A stretch of DNA of 64,000 nucleotides from Chthoniobacterales bacterium (GTDB taxonomy: Bacteria > Verrucomicrobiota > Verrucomicrobiia > Chthoniobacterales > UBA10450), in assembly GCA_036498205.1 (NCBI GenBank), contig DASXIC010000015.1, positions 152 through 64,151 of the forward strand, given 5' to 3'. Within the stretch, counting starts at the first letter, position 1. Each line of letters begins with the position of its first letter. This document shows positions 52,418-63,038 of this stretch, piece after piece. Under the pieces are notes generated by a model. The model ran no database searches and was not told the DNA's origin. It saw only the letters and a program-made list of their open reading frames with translations. The position numbers were made by a program, and so were the translations under genes.

Positions 52418-54595
52418 ATGGCGACCGCGACCATGGAAAAGAAACCAGCTTCTGCGAACCCGAACTCGCCGAACCGCAAATTCCCGCTGGAGCGGACGCG
52501 GAATATCGGAATTGCTGCGCACATCGACGCCGGCAAAACGACGCTAACCGAGCGTGTTCTCTTTTACACCGGCATGATTCACAAGATTGGCGAAGTGCAC
52601 GAAGGCACGACGGTGACCGACTGGATGGAGCAGGAGCGCGAGCGTGGCATCACGATCACCTCCGCGGCGACGACCTGCTCGTGGACGCAGCGCTCAGAGC
52701 CGGGCGTTTACAAAATGTTCGAAGGAATTAAACAGCGAATCAACATTATCGACACGCCGGGTCACGTTGATTTCACGGCGGAAGTAGAGCGCTCGTTGCG
52801 CGTGCTCGATGGCGCGATCGCGGTCTTCGATGCCGTTGCCGGTGTGCAGCCGCAATCGGAAACGGTCTGGAGGCAGGCAACAAAATACAATGTGCCGTGT
52901 CTTGCCTTCATCAACAAAATGGATCGCGTCGGCGCCGATTTTACGATGTCGATCGACAGCATGCGCAAGAAACTTGGTGCTAACGCGTGGCCGGTTCTGC
53001 TTCCGCTGGGCAAAGAAGATCAGTTCAAAGGCCAGATCGACGTTATTAATAAGAAAGCAATCATCTATTCCGACAGCGATCAGCTCGGATCGACGTATGA
53101 ACTTGCCGAGGTTCCAAAGGAATACGTTGATCTTGTCGAGAAGGCTTATCACGATCTGGTCGAGCAAATTTCAAATCTTGATGACCAAGTTGCGGAGGCT
53201 GTTCTCGAAGAAAAACCGATTACCCCGGAGCTGTTGAAAGCAGGCATTCGTCGTCAAACGATTGCGAACAAGTTTGTGCCGGTCATTGGCGGTTCGGCAC
53301 TCAAGAATAAAGGCGTGCAGTATCTGGTCGACGCAGTGGTCGATTACCTCCCAAGCCCTCTCGATATTCCGCCAGCCAAAGGAATGGATCCCGATACGCG
53401 CGAGCCGATGGAGGCGCCGACGGACGACAATGGAAAATTTTGTTCGCTCGCATTCAAACTTTGGAGCGATCCGTTTGTCGGCAAGCTCGTTTTCTTCCGC
53501 GTTTATTCCGGCACCCTGAGCAAAGGCGACACCGTTTACAATCCGCGGACGAACAAACGCGAGCGCATATCGCGTTTGATTCAAATTCAGGCGGACAAGC
53601 GCGAAGACATCGAGACCTGCTACTCAGGCGACATTGCGGCGATTGTGGGAATCAAAAACATCACTACTGGTGACACCCTTTGCGACGAGGACCATCCGAT
53701 TTTGCTCGAGCCCCCCTCGTTTCCTGATCCCGTTATTTCAATGGCGATTGAGCCGAAAACAAAGCTCGATCAAGAAAAAATGGGCGTCGCCCTGCAGCGC
53801 CTCGCGGAGGAAGATCCGACCTTCCGCGTTTATACGCATGAAGATACTGGTCAGACGATCATCGCCGGTATGGGCGAGCTGCATCTCGAAATCATTCGCG
53901 ACCGCATGTTCCGCGAATTCAAAGTGGACGCGAATGCGGGAAAACCGCAGATTGCCTATCGTGAAACGATCACGACGAACGCACACGGCGTAGGGAAGCT
54001 GATCAAGCAATCCGGCGGTCGCGGTCAGTATGGCCACGTTGAAGTCGATATGCGTCCCGGCGCTCGTAGCACAGGTTTGGTGGTCGAAAACAAAATCGTT
54101 GGCGGCGTTATTCCGCGCGAATACATCCCGGCAGTCAAGAAGGGGATCGAGGAGGCAATTCTCAACGGCGTGCTCGGCGGTTATCCGGTTGTCGATGTTG
54201 AGATCGACATCGTTTACGGGTCGTTTCACGAAGTCGATTCAAACGAGCTTGCGTTCAAACTCGCCGCGATCTTCGCCATGAAAGATGGCTTTAAACAGGG
54301 CAAACCCATTCTGCTCGAACCGATCATGAAGGTTGAAAACATCACGCCGGAGGAATCTCAGGGCGATATCATTGGCGATTTGAATCGGCGCCGCGCCCGG
54401 ATTAACAGCATTGAACCGCGCGGCAATCTTACCATCGTGCATGCCGAAGTGCCACTCGCCGAACTGTTTGGCTACGCCACCGCCATTCGCTCGCTTTCGA
54501 AAGGTCGCTCGAGTTACTCGATGGAACCATCCCATTTCGAGCAGGTGCCGCAGAACCTGGTCGCGGCGATCCTTGATCAGAAGGAGACGAAATGA
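52418..54595 (+). CDS. fusA: Elongation factor G
   Basis: [27 protein letters not shown]. The start is set at MATATMEKK (52418). It has a ~20-aa N-terminal extension relative to typical EF-G. Confidence 0.95.
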   Translation: MATATMEKKPASANPNSPNRKFPLERTRNIGIAAHIDAGKTTLTERVLFYTGMIHKIGEVHEGTTVTDWMEQERERGITITSAATTCSWTQRSEPGVYKMFEGIKQRINIIDTPGHVDFTAEVERSLRVLDGAIAVFDAVAGVQPQSETVWRQATKYNVPCLAFINKMDRVGADFTMSIDSMRKKLGANAWPVLLPLGKEDQFKGQIDVINKKAIIYSDSDQLGSTYELAEVPKEYVDLVEKAYHDLVEQISNLDDQVAEAVLEEKPITPELLKAGIRRQTIANKFVPVIGGSALKNKGVQYLVDAVVDYLPSPLDIPPAKGMDPDTREPMEAPTDDNGKFCSLAFKLWSDPFVGKLVFFRVYSGTLSKGDTVYNPRTNKRERISRLIQIQADKREDIETCYSGDIAAIVGIKNITTGDTLCDEDHPILLEPPSFPDPVISMAIEPKTKLDQEKMGVALQRLAEEDPTFRVYTHEDTGQTIIAGMGELHLEIIRDRMFREFKVDANAGKPQIAYRETITTNAHGVGKLIKQSGGRGQYGHVEVDMRPGARSTGLVVENKIVGGVIPREYIPAVKKGIEEAILNGVLGGYPVVDVEIDIVYGSFHEVDSNELAFKLAAIFAMKDGFKQGKPILLEPIMKVENITPEESQGDIIGDLNRRRARINSIEPRGNLTIVHAEVPLAELFGYATAIRSLSKGRSSYSMEPSHFEQVPQNLVAAILDQKETK

Positions 54596-54903
54596 CGAAC
54601 GGCCAGCGTATTCGCATTCGATTAAAGGCATTCGATCATCGCATGCTCGATCAATCGGCGGTTGAGATTGTCGAGACTGCGAAACGCACCGGCGCACGCG
54701 TTGCCGGCCCGATCCCGTTGCCCACCTTGATCGAGAAGTTCACCGTGAATCGCTCTCCCCACGTCGATAAAAAATCGATGGATCAATTTGAAATTCGCAC
54801 CCACAAGCGATTGCTCGACATCATCGAGCCCACTGCAAAAACGGTCGACGAATTGAAGAAGTTGAACCTGCCGGCCGGCGTTGACATCACCATTAAAATT
54901 TAA
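54592..54903 (+). CDS. rpsJ: 30S ribosomal protein S10
   Basis: [18 protein letters not shown]...GPIPLPT...[13 protein letters not shown] overlap with fusA. Confidence 0.95.
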   Translation: MTNGQRIRIRLKAFDHRMLDQSAVEIVETAKRTGARVAGPIPLPTLIEKFTVNRSPHVDKKSMDQFEIRTHKRLLDIIEPTAKTVDELKKLNLPAGVDITIKI

Positions 54904-54942
54904 ACTCCGTCACTCTGAACGCAGCCAAGACAAATTTTGGAA

Positions 54943-55587
54943 ATGAGCATCGGTTTACTAGGACAAAAAATCGGCATGACCAGCGTCTACGACGCCAGTG
55001 GCAAGCTGCGTCCGGTAACCGTGATCGCAGCTGGTGACAATGTTTTGGTTCGGCGGTTGACCGCGGAACGAGATGGCTATTCCGCCGTGCAAGTCGGCTT
55101 TGGTACGCAAAAGGAGTCGCGCCTGAACAGCTCCGAAATCGGTTCGTTCAAGAAAGCGAACGTAGAGCCGAAGCGATTCATGCGCGAGTTTCGCCTCCAC
55201 GCCGACGCGCCGGAAGGGGAAGTGAATTTGAATGTCACTCAATTTCAGCCCGGGGACTTTGTCGATGTGATTGGCCGTTCCAAAGGAAAAGGTTTTCAGG
55301 GTGTGATGAAGAAGCACAACATGGCCGGCCAGGGCGCCGCGCACGGGTCGAAAACCCATCGTCGCAACGGCGCCGTCGGCAATCGTTCGACGCCGGGTCG
55401 GATCTGGAAAAATATGGGGATGCCTGGTCACCTCGGCGACGAGCGCGTGACGGTCCAGAATTTGCAAGTCATGCAGGTGCGGGAGACCGAGAAAATAATT
55501 CTGGTCAGCGGCGCCGTGCCGGGGGCGAACGGATCGCTGGTCGTGGTGCGTCCCGCGATCAAAAAGCCGGCGGAGGCAAAGAAGTAA
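54943..55587 (+). CDS. rplC: 50S ribosomal protein L3
   Basis: IGLLGQKIGMT...GKGFQGVMKKHN. Confidence 0.95.
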   Translation: MSIGLLGQKIGMTSVYDASGKLRPVTVIAAGDNVLVRRLTAERDGYSAVQVGFGTQKESRLNSSEIGSFKKANVEPKRFMREFRLHADAPEGEVNLNVTQFQPGDFVDVIGRSKGKGFQGVMKKHNMAGQGAAHGSKTHRRNGAVGNRSTPGRIWKNMGMPGHLGDERVTVQNLQVMQVRETEKIILVSGAVPGANGSLVVVRPAIKKPAEAKK

Positions 55588-56202
55588 GTGAGTGCGAAAG
55601 CTTTGAGCAAAGCAGCGGCGAAAGAAGCAAAAATTGCGCTTCTCGATGGCGGACGCGGCACCCAGGCCTTGCACGACGTGGTTGTAGCGATGCGCGCCGC
55701 GCGGCGTTCCGGCTCTGCCAACACCAAATCGAAAGCGGACGTGAACCTTTCCGGGGCAAAACCATGGCGGCAGAAAGGAACAGGCCGGGCCCGCGCGGGC
55801 TATAAATCGTCTCCCATCTGGCGTGGCGGCGGCGTCGTTTTTGGACCCAAGCCGCGCGATTACTCAAAGAAAGTTTCCAAATCAATGCGCCGCCTCGCCT
55901 TCCAAAAGGCATTGAGCGAGCGCATCAATGCTGGCGACGTCCTGACCATTGACACGTTCGCGGTCAAGGAACCGAAGACCAAATCGTTCGTTCAGTTAGT
56001 AAAAAAGCAAACCGACGCTCGCAAGGTGTTGATCATCTCGGATGCGTTCGATGACAATACCCACAAATCGGCCCGCAACGTGAAGCCGGTGCGGCTGGCG
56101 ACGGCGAACGATGTCAACGCCGAGCAAATTCTGGCATTTGAGAAAATTTTAGTGACGGAAAAAGCCCTTGAGACGCTGGCGCAGAGGACTAACGGGAAAT
56201 GA
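55588..56202 (+). CDS. rplD: 50S ribosomal protein L4
   Basis: KPWRQKGTGRARAG...SPIWRGGGVVFGP. GTG start. Confidence 0.9.
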   Translation: MSAKALSKAAAKEAKIALLDGGRGTQALHDVVVAMRAARRSGSANTKSKADVNLSGAKPWRQKGTGRARAGYKSSPIWRGGGVVFGPKPRDYSKKVSKSMRRLAFQKALSERINAGDVLTIDTFAVKEPKTKSFVQLVKKQTDARKVLIISDAFDDNTHKSARNVKPVRLATANDVNAEQILAFEKILVTEKALETLAQRTNGK

Positions 56203-56483
56203 ACGAACCTTTCGACATTATCCAGACAGCGTCGCTGACCGAGAAATCATCCTTGCTCGGAGAGAAGCAAAACAAATACGTCTTCCGAGTGAGGCCGCAT
56301 GCGAACAAAATTCAAATCAAGCAGGCGGTGGAGCGATTGTTTCAGAAGAAAGTGATCGACGTAAACACTTGCAATTATGCGGGCAAGAAAAAGCGGGAAC
56401 GCCGCGCGGATTTCGGCCGCAAGGCGCATTGGAAAAAAGCGATCGTGACGCTGAAGGAAGGCGACAAGATCGATCTGGTCTAA
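56199..56483 (+). CDS. rplW: 50S ribosomal protein L23
   Basis: [24 protein letters not shown]...KKAIVTL. Confidence 0.9.
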   Translation: MNEPFDIIQTASLTEKSSLLGEKQNKYVFRVRPHANKIQIKQAVERLFQKKVIDVNTCNYAGKKKRERRADFGRKAHWKKAIVTLKEGDKIDLV

Positions 56484-56487
56484 TTGT

Positions 56488-57327
56488 ATGGCGCTTAAAT
56501 CTTTTCGACCTCTGACACCGACTTTGCGTTTCAAGTCGCTTCCGGCTTTCGAGGAAGTGACCAGGGCGCGGCCGGCGAAAAGTCTGCTCGAGCCGAAGAA
56601 GAAGACCGGCGGCCGGAATCATTTCGGCCGGCTCACTTCGCGTCATATCGGCGGCGGACACAAACAACATTACCGCAAAATCGATTTCAAGCGGCGCAAG
56701 CGCGGTGTCGAAGCGGAAGTGCTCGGGATTGAGTACGACCCAAACCGCTCCGCCCGCATCGCCCTAATCAAGTACGTCGATGGTGAACTCAGTTATATCC
56801 TGGCGCCGGATGGGCTGCGGGTGGGCGCGCGTGTTGTCGCGGGCGACGAAGTCGCGCCGGACCTGGGCAATGCGCTTCCGCTGCGAGCGATCCCTCTCGG
56901 CACGAACATTCACAATATTGAACTGGCACCGGGTCGGGGCGGCCAGGTGGCGCGGAGCGCCGGCCAACAAGCCACTCTGAATAACCGCGAAGGTGGTTAT
57001 GGCTTAGTCAAAATGCCATCCGGGGAAATTCGGCGCATTCACGAGAGTTGTTACGCGACGGTCGGACAGGTTGGGAACGTGGATCATATGAATATTTCCA
57101 GCGGCAAGGCCGGCCGGACGCGCTGGCGAGGACGTCGTCCGCATGTGCGCGGCATGGTGATGAATCCGATCGATCATCCAATGGGCGGCGGGCAAGGCAA
57201 ATCCAAAGGCGGTGGTGGGCGTCACCATCCTGTCAGCCCGTGGGGGCAACTGGCGAAAGGATTCAAAACGCGTAGCAAACACAAACCGAGCGACCGTTTT
57301 ATCCTGGAGCGACGACCGAAGAAATAA
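56488..57327 (+). CDS. rplB: 50S ribosomal protein L2
   Basis: [23 protein letters not shown]; [15 protein letters not shown]. Confidence 0.95.
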   Translation: MALKSFRPLTPTLRFKSLPAFEEVTRARPAKSLLEPKKKTGGRNHFGRLTSRHIGGGHKQHYRKIDFKRRKRGVEAEVLGIEYDPNRSARIALIKYVDGELSYILAPDGLRVGARVVAGDEVAPDLGNALPLRAIPLGTNIHNIELAPGRGGQVARSAGQQATLNNREGGYGLVKMPSGEIRRIHESCYATVGQVGNVDHMNISSGKAGRTRWRGRRPHVRGMVMNPIDHPMGGGQGKSKGGGGRHHPVSPWGQLAKGFKTRSKHKPSDRFILERRPKK

Positions 57328-57345
57328 CGCGACAATTTGACTTTT

Positions 57346-57624
57346 ATGGCCAGATCATTGAAAAAAGGACCCTTCGTCGAATCGCATCTTCTGGAGAAGA
57401 TCGACAAGATGAACAATTCGGGCGGGAAAAAACCAATTAAGACCTGGTCGCGCCGCTCGATGGTCACACCGGATTTTGTCGGTCATACTTTTCTCGTTCA
57501 CAACGGCAGGACGTTTAATTCCGTCTTCGTGACGGAAAATATGGTCGGCCATAAGCTCGGTGAATTTTCACCGACGCGGGTGTTTAAGAAGCACGGGTCG
57601 CACACGGCGAAGGTGACGAAATAG
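57346..57624 (+). CDS. rpsS: 30S ribosomal protein S19
   Basis: [11 protein letters not shown]...[22 protein letters not shown]...GHKLGEF. Confidence 0.95.
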   Translation: MARSLKKGPFVESHLLEKIDKMNNSGGKKPIKTWSRRSMVTPDFVGHTFLVHNGRTFNSVFVTENMVGHKLGEFSPTRVFKKHGSHTAKVTK

Positions 57625-58404
57625 TTGAGAAAATTTTTTGTAGTGTTGGGCTGCGTAACGCTGGCTCGAGGGCTGGCGGCAGAGGGAAATAGTTCTTTGT
57701 CAGATTCCAAAAATGAAGATGCGCCGGTCACGACGGCGGCGTTGCTCGCGCAAAACGAAGAGCTGCGCCGTGAGTTGTCGCTTAGCCGTGAGACGGTAGA
57801 GACGCTTACCAATAGTCTGGCTGAGTCCAATGCCGACGCGGAGGTATTCCGAAGGAAATTCACCGATTTGTCTTTGCGCATGGAAGCGCTTGGATTGGCC
57901 TCAGCCAGTAATGATCGCGCCAAGTTGGAGCAGCGGCTGCTCACGGCGGTGAGCGATCTGCAGCTGGCGCAGAAAGAACGCGACCAATATCGCGATCAAA
58001 TGATGCGTTTATCGGAAACGATGATGCGTTATTTGAAAACAACGGAGCCAGGTGACGCGGAGGCGAGAATGGAAGTGGAGGCGCAATTGCGTGGAACGAA
58101 CGCGCTGGCCCAGAACGCTTCGAATGCGCCGGCGCCGAGTCCTTCACTGCTCGATGGAAGCGTTATTAGCGTGAAAGAGGAGTGGTCATTTGTGGTGGGC
58201 AACTTCGGGGCACAACAGGGAGTAAAAATCGGAATGCCTTTGCGAGTGAAACGCGGTGATTCTGTCATCGCTAATTTGCGCGTAGTGGATGTGCGAGAGC
58301 GAATTTGCGGCGCTGTCGTCCAAGAAATGGGATCTGGAAAAGAGAAAATTAAGATCGGGGATCGGCTCGAAGTCGATGCCCGCCGGGATGTGAGTTTAAA
58401 ATAA
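57625..58404 (+). CDS. Signal-peptide / coiled-coil protein of unknown function embedded between rpsS and rplV
   Basis: A 259-aa ORF with a TTG start directly after the rpsS TAG and AAGGTG 9 nt upstream. Its TAA is directly followed by the rplV ATG. The N-terminus is MRKFFVVLGCVTLARGLAAEG. The central part is heptad-like and helical. The C-terminal ~80 aa look beta-rich (SVISVKEEWSFVVGNFGAQQGVKIGMPLRVKRGDSVIANLRVVDV...IKIGDRLEV). Confidence 0.6.
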   Translation: MRKFFVVLGCVTLARGLAAEGNSSLSDSKNEDAPVTTAALLAQNEELRRELSLSRETVETLTNSLAESNADAEVFRRKFTDLSLRMEALGLASASNDRAKLEQRLLTAVSDLQLAQKERDQYRDQMMRLSETMMRYLKTTEPGDAEARMEVEAQLRGTNALAQNASNAPAPSPSLLDGSVISVKEEWSFVVGNFGAQQGVKIGMPLRVKRGDSVIANLRVVDVRERICGAVVQEMGSGKEKIKIGDRLEVDARRDVSLK

Positions 58405-58875
58405 ATGGAAGTTCGATCGACATATCGTTACGCGAAGATTTCGCCGTTTAAGGTGCGCGAAGTCACACGCGAAATTCAAGGGCTGCCGGTCTCGGCAGCG
58501 CTCGATATCGTCGCGTTCAGTCCGAAAAAGGCAGCCACGCTTGTCGGCAAAACGCTCAAGAGCGCCGTTGCCAACGCGGAGAACAACGCCAACCTCAAAG
58601 TAGATGGACTGGTGGTAAGAGAGGCCGTTGTCGGCGAAGGACCGACGATGAAGCGAATGATGGCGCGCGCACGTGGGAGCGGCAGCCGCATTCTCAAACG
58701 GACAAGTCACATCAGAATCATTTTAACGGACGAGATAAAAATCGAGACGCGGGAGCAACGCAAAGCGGCAGAAAAAGCAGCGAAGAAAAAATTAAGCGAG
58801 CCTCGGGGAGAAAGCGGCGCAGCGGAAGGTGGAAGTAAGAAGCCGAGACGCGCGCTGAAGAAAGCGAAGAAGTAA
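58405..58875 (+). CDS. rplV: 50S ribosomal protein L22 with a Lys-rich C-terminal extension
   Basis: [18 protein letters not shown]...[10 protein letters not shown]...RILKRTSHI, followed by a ~45-aa basic tail. Confidence 0.95.
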   Translation: MEVRSTYRYAKISPFKVREVTREIQGLPVSAALDIVAFSPKKAATLVGKTLKSAVANAENNANLKVDGLVVREAVVGEGPTMKRMMARARGSGSRILKRTSHIRIILTDEIKIETREQRKAAEKAAKKKLSEPRGESGAAEGGSKKPRRALKKAKK

Positions 58876-58876
58876 A

Positions 58877-59563
58877 ATGGGACAGAAAGTTAATCCAATT
58901 GGGTTTCGGCTAAGCGTGAACCGCGACTGGCGGTCGCGCTGGTATGCTTCTCCGCAAGAGATGCCGGATTTTTTGCATAGCGACATCGAGATTCGGAACT
59001 ACGTGAAGAAAAAACTTCAGTTCGCGGCCGTCTCAAAGATCGTGATCGAGCGGGCTTGGAATTCCATTCGCGTCACAATTTTTACAGCCCGGCCCGGCAT
59101 CGTCATCGGACGCAAAGGGGCCGAGATCGAGAAGATGACTGAGGAAATTTCGAAGATGGCGCAGGGAAAACAGATCAAGATCGATATTCAGGAGATTAAA
59201 ACGCCGGAGCTCGATGCCCAGCTGGTGGCGGAAAACGTAGCGCTGCAAATCGAGCGCCGGATCGCCTATCGGCGCGCCATGAAAAAGGCGGTGCAAACGG
59301 CGATGGATTTCGGTGCGCTCGGGATTCGGTTGCGAAGCTCGGGGCGATTGAACGGGGCCGAAATTTCCCGTTCGGAATGGTATCGGGAAGGTAAAGTTCC
59401 GCTGCATACACTGCGAACCGGAATCGATTATGGATTCGCCGAAGCGAACACCGTCTACGGAAAGATCGGTGTGAAATGCTGGATTTGTAAAAAGGAGGAA
59501 GCCCCGCCTGAACCAACGACGCCGCTTGCTCCGCCACCGGCGCCGGCCGCTACTGGAATTTGA
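58877..59563 (+). CDS. rpsC: 30S ribosomal protein S3
   Basis: [12 protein letters not shown]...[21 protein letters not shown]. Confidence 0.95.
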   Translation: MGQKVNPIGFRLSVNRDWRSRWYASPQEMPDFLHSDIEIRNYVKKKLQFAAVSKIVIERAWNSIRVTIFTARPGIVIGRKGAEIEKMTEEISKMAQGKQIKIDIQEIKTPELDAQLVAENVALQIERRIAYRRAMKKAVQTAMDFGALGIRLRSSGRLNGAEISRSEWYREGKVPLHTLRTGIDYGFAEANTVYGKIGVKCWICKKEEAPPEPTTPLAPPPAPAATGI

Positions 59564-59580
59564 TTTAGGGAGAGAACGTT

Positions 59581-60003
59581 ATGCCGTTGATGCCAAAAAG
59601 AGTGAAGTATCGCAAGTCGCAGCGGGGGAGCCGCAAGGGCACCGCTTCGCGCAATTTGCGGATCGATTTCGGCGAGTTTGGGCTGCAGACCCTGGAACGG
59701 GCCTGGATCACAAACACGCAAATCGAAGCGGCGCGGGTCGCATTGACACGTAGCATGAAGCGTAAAGGCAAACTCTGGATTCGCATCTTTCCGGACAAAT
59801 CGGTCACCGCTCGTCCGCCCGAAACGCGAATGGGTAAGGGAAAAGGGCAACCGGAATTTTGGGTTGCGACAGTGAAGCCGGGTAACATTTTGTTCGAACT
59901 GGACGGTGTGCCGGAGTCAGTCGCGCGCGAATCCCTTCGCCTGGCCGCGGACAAATTGCCGGTTCGAACCAAGTTCCTAACTCGCCATCACGTGGCTGCG
60001 TAA
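59581..60003 (+). CDS. rplP: 50S ribosomal protein L16
   Basis: [15 protein letters not shown]...RMGKGKG.PE.WVA.VKPG. Confidence 0.95.
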   Translation: MPLMPKRVKYRKSQRGSRKGTASRNLRIDFGEFGLQTLERAWITNTQIEAARVALTRSMKRKGKLWIRIFPDKSVTARPPETRMGKGKGQPEFWVATVKPGNILFELDGVPESVARESLRLAADKLPVRTKFLTRHHVAA

Positions 60004-60007
60004 TGAG

Positions 60008-60214
60008 ATGAAAATCAAAGAAATTATTGAAATGAGCACAGACGAGCTTTTGACGAAAAAGCGCGATCTGCGCCAGGAGAGTTTGCATTTGCGGTTGCAG
60101 CAACAAAGTGGACAGCTTGAGCAGCCAAGCCGCCTGCGGTTGTTGCGTCGGGATGTGGCACGGATCGAGACGGTGCTTTCGTCACGAATGAATAAAGTGA
60201 ACGGGACGAAGTAG
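60008..60214 (+). CDS. rpmC: 50S ribosomal protein L29
   Basis: 68 aa. MKIKEIIEMSTDELLTKKRDLRQESLHLRLQQQSGQLEQPSRLRLLRRDVARIETV. Confidence 0.9.
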   Translation: MKIKEIIEMSTDELLTKKRDLRQESLHLRLQQQSGQLEQPSRLRLLRRDVARIETVLSSRMNKVNGTK

Positions 60215-60217
60215 TTT

Positions 60218-60496
60218 ATGGCGGAAACAACCGAAACACCTACCCTTGATCGCCGGGCTTCGCGAAAAACCCGTGTTGGCCAGGTGATAGCCAGCGGGAT
60301 GAATAAGACCATCGTGGTCCGAACCGTTACCCGTGTGCCGCACGCAAAGTTCGGCAAAATCGTAAAACAGCAAAAGAAATTCTACGCCCACGACGAGGAA
60401 AACAAAGCCAAGGAAGGCGATACCGTGCGCATTATGGAAACACGGCCCCTCAGCAAATTGAAACGGTGGCGACTGGTCGAGGTGATGGCGAAGTAA
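60218..60496 (+). CDS. rpsQ: 30S ribosomal protein S17
   Basis: GQVIASGMNKTIVVRTVTRVPHAKFGKIVKQQKKFYAHDEEN...GDTVRIMETRPLSK.KRW. Confidence 0.95.
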   Translation: MAETTETPTLDRRASRKTRVGQVIASGMNKTIVVRTVTRVPHAKFGKIVKQQKKFYAHDEENKAKEGDTVRIMETRPLSKLKRWRLVEVMAK

Positions 60497-60499
60497 TTT

Positions 60500-60865
60500 A
60501 TGGTGCAGATCCGATCCAGACTGGATGTCGCCGACAATACCGGCGCGCGCATGGCGACAATGATCGGCGTGATCGGGAAAGCTACGCTCTATGCTCGGAT
60601 CGGCGACGTAATTACCGCCAATGTAAAAGAGGCGAGCGCGACTGGGACGGTGAAAAAAGGCGAGGTGGTCCGCGCGGTTCTCGTCCGGACGAAACAACCG
60701 GTCAAACGGGATGACGGCTCGATTTTGCGATTCGACAACAATGCGATTGTCATCATCGATAAGGATCTGAATCCGCGAGGCACACGGATTTTCGGCCCCG
60801 TCGCACGTGAGCTGCGCGAGAAAAATTTCATGAAGATCGTGTCGCTTGCTCCCGAAGTGCTATGA
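60500..60865 (+). CDS. rplN: 50S ribosomal protein L14
   Basis: [10 protein letters not shown]...[11 protein letters not shown]...[10 protein letters not shown]...IRFD.NA. Confidence 0.95.
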   Translation: MVQIRSRLDVADNTGARMATMIGVIGKATLYARIGDVITANVKEASATGTVKKGEVVRAVLVRTKQPVKRDDGSILRFDNNAIVIIDKDLNPRGTRIFGPVARELREKNFMKIVSLAPEVL

Positions 60866-61155
60866 ACCGGATTAAGTTTCACGTCAAAAAGGGCGACAAC
60901 GTTCAGGTTATCGCCGGCAACTACAAAGGTTCGAGCGGCAAGATTCTTCAGGTGCTGCCGAAGAAGGAGCGAGTGCTGATTGAAGGTGTGCGCATTATCA
61001 AGCGGCATCTGCGAAAATCGCAGGATAATCCCCAGGGAAAAATCGCGGAGAGAGAGGGTCCGATTCATATCTCGAATGTGCGAGTGATGGAACGAGAAGA
61101 GAAGAAGGCGAAGGCGCCGAAAAAGAAAGCCGCGGCCAAGGCCAAAGCAGCGTAG
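60862..61155 (+). CDS. rplX: 50S ribosomal protein L24
   Basis: [25 protein letters not shown] with KOW motif. It has a basic C-terminal tail. Confidence 0.9.
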   Translation: MNRIKFHVKKGDNVQVIAGNYKGSSGKILQVLPKKERVLIEGVRIIKRHLRKSQDNPQGKIAEREGPIHISNVRVMEREEKKAKAPKKKAAAKAKAA

Positions 61156-61158
61156 CAG

Positions 61159-61731
61159 ATGGAGAACGAATTTTACAAAGAATACAAGGAACGTGTGATG
61201 CCGGCGCTGCAGAAACAGCATGGCTACAAAAACATGCACCAGGTTCCGAAGGTGGAGAAAGTTGTGATTAACTCCTCGGTCGGTTCGCAAGCGGACGTAA
61301 AGCAGGCCTTGGAGGACGCCAAGACCGAATTGGCTCTGATTACAGGCCAACGCGCTGCGGAAACGCGCGCAAAGAAAAGCATTTCCAATTTTAAATTGCG
61401 CAAAGACCAGGCCATTGGGGCGAAGGTGACGTTGCGGGGCGAGCGGATGTATGAATTCCTCGAGCGCCTCGTCAAAGCCGCGCTGCCGCGCATTCGCGAT
61501 TTCCGGGGAGTATCTCCGCGCGGGTTTGACGGCCACGGGAACTATACCCTGGGCGTTTCCGATCAATCCATTTTTCCCGAGGTCGAACTGGATAAAATCA
61601 AGCGCAACATCGGATTTGATGTTACTATTGTGACCACCGCTCGCACGAACGAAGAGGCCAAATCGCTCCTCAGCGAAATGGGAATGCCGTTCAGCGACCG
61701 CGCGAAAAAGCCGGCCGCGCAAGCTACCTAA
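61159..61731 (+). CDS. rplE: 50S ribosomal protein L5
   Basis: NMHQVPKVEKVVIN...ITGQRA...FRGVSPRGFDGHGNYTLG...FPE. Confidence 0.95.
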   Translation: MENEFYKEYKERVMPALQKQHGYKNMHQVPKVEKVVINSSVGSQADVKQALEDAKTELALITGQRAAETRAKKSISNFKLRKDQAIGAKVTLRGERMYEFLERLVKAALPRIRDFRGVSPRGFDGHGNYTLGVSDQSIFPEVELDKIKRNIGFDVTIVTTARTNEEAKSLLSEMGMPFSDRAKKPAAQAT

Positions 61732-61735
61732 TAGA

Positions 61736-62134
61736 ATGAGTACTGTAACTGATCCGATTGCCGATTTGCTTGCGCGGGTGCGTAACGGTGCGCGTGCGCA
61801 GAAGCCGGAAATGTTTGTGCCCTACTCGAAAATCAAAGCAGAAGTCGCGCGGATACTGAAGGACGAAGGTTACATTACCGACTACACGGTAGATACAGCG
61901 GCAACGCACCCACGGATCAAAATTACTAACAAACTAGTGAATCGCTCCAGCGCGATCACCGGGCTGAAGCGGGTAAGCCGGCCAGGGCTGCGGCGTTATG
62001 TCGGTGCGGAGGAGATTCCGCGGGTGCTCGGAGGAATGGGAATCGCCATTCTCTCGACTTCGCGTGGTGTGCTATCGGGCCGGGAAGCGAAAAAACAAAA
62101 CCTGGGCGGTGAGCTGCTCGCTTACGTTTGGTAG
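61736..62134 (+). CDS. rpsH: 30S ribosomal protein S8
   Basis: TDPIADLLARVRNG...ILKDEGYI...GIAILSTS.GV......GGE.L.YVW. Confidence 0.95.
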   Translation: MSTVTDPIADLLARVRNGARAQKPEMFVPYSKIKAEVARILKDEGYITDYTVDTAATHPRIKITNKLVNRSSAITGLKRVSRPGLRRYVGAEEIPRVLGGMGIAILSTSRGVLSGREAKKQNLGGELLAYVW

Positions 62135-62139
62135 GAGTT

Positions 62140-62679
62140 ATGTCTCGAATTGGAAATAAGACAATCGTGTTGCCGGAAAAGGTGAAGGTAAACGTCACAA
62201 ATGACGGAACCGTCGCGGTCGAAGGTCCGAAGGGGAAATTGAATTGGAAGCTTCCGCGCGATATTTCAGCAAAGATCGAGAACAATCATGTCTCGCTTGC
62301 ACGAGCTGCTGAAACCCGAAGCGTCAAGGCATTACACGGGCTATCGCGAGCGTTGCTCAATAATATGGTGCAGGGGGTGAGCCAGGGTTTCACCAAAAAC
62401 CTGGAAATTGAAGGGGTCGGCTTCAAGGCCGCAGTGCAGGGCCAGACCCTGAATCTGTCCCTCGGGTTTTCCCATCCAGTGCTTTTTCCGATTCCCAAGG
62501 AAATCAAAATAACGGTGGCGGAAAACACAAAGATCACCATCCAAGGAATCGACAAGAAATTGGTTGGCCAGGTCGCGGCCGACATTCGGCGGTATTACCC
62601 GCCGGAGCCTTACAAGGGAAAAGGCGTCCGTTATGCGGGCGAGCAGATTCGGCGCAAGGAAGGGAAGACAGTTCAATAG
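62140..62679 (+). CDS. rplF: 50S ribosomal protein L6
   Basis: [17 protein letters not shown]...[16 protein letters not shown] lies 3 nt upstream of the ATG at 62140. Confidence 0.95.
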   Translation: MSRIGNKTIVLPEKVKVNVTNDGTVAVEGPKGKLNWKLPRDISAKIENNHVSLARAAETRSVKALHGLSRALLNNMVQGVSQGFTKNLEIEGVGFKAAVQGQTLNLSLGFSHPVLFPIPKEIKITVAENTKITIQGIDKKLVGQVAADIRRYYPPEPYKGKGVRYAGEQIRRKEGKTVQ

Positions 62680-62680
62680 T

Positions 62681-63037
62681 ATGCCGATCAATCGCAAAGC
62701 AACACGCCGGCGCATTCATCAGCGTATTCGGAAAAAAGTGAGCGGCACTGCCGAGCGTCCTCGACTGACGGTGCATTTTTCCGGACGCCACGTTTATGCC
62801 CAAGTAATCGACGATGACAGTGGGAAAACGCTCGCGGCAGCGTCGACTATGGAGGAACGGGCCGGCAAGAAAGCCGTGGCTAATCGCGAGACTGCGCAGC
62901 AAGTCGGCCAGGCGATTGCCGAGAAAATGCTCGCGCTAAAAGTAGAAAAAGTAGTGTTTGATCGCGGCGGCTTCATTTTTCACGGCAAAGTGAAAGCGTT
63001 GGCCGACGCCGCGCGGCAGGGCGGGCTAAAATTTTAA
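62681..63037 (+). CDS. rplR: 50S ribosomal protein L18
   Basis: [31 protein letters not shown]...[26 protein letters not shown]. The start is set at the ATG at 62681. Confidence 0.95.
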   Translation: MPINRKATRRRIHQRIRKKVSGTAERPRLTVHFSGRHVYAQVIDDDSGKTLAAASTMEERAGKKAVANRETAQQVGQAIAEKMLALKVEKVVFDRGGFIFHGKVKALADAARQGGLKF

Positions 63038-63038
63038 A

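Noticed and set aside
57498-57944. A 148-aa minus-strand ORF spanning the rpsS end and the start of the inserted ORF.
   Set aside because: It is antisense to rpsS and Ser/Ala/Leu-rich, with no start context. The plus-strand ORF fits flush between stop and start codons and has a signal peptide.
60589-61722. A 377-aa minus-strand ORF, the longest of many antisense ORFs in the ribosomal operon. Others include 54958-55674, 63026-63715 and 60182-60697.
   Set aside because: It lies opposite unambiguous rplN/rplX/rplE coding sequence. Its composition is Arg/Leu/Ser-rich, which is typical of antisense frames in GC-rich genes. No motif was recognised.
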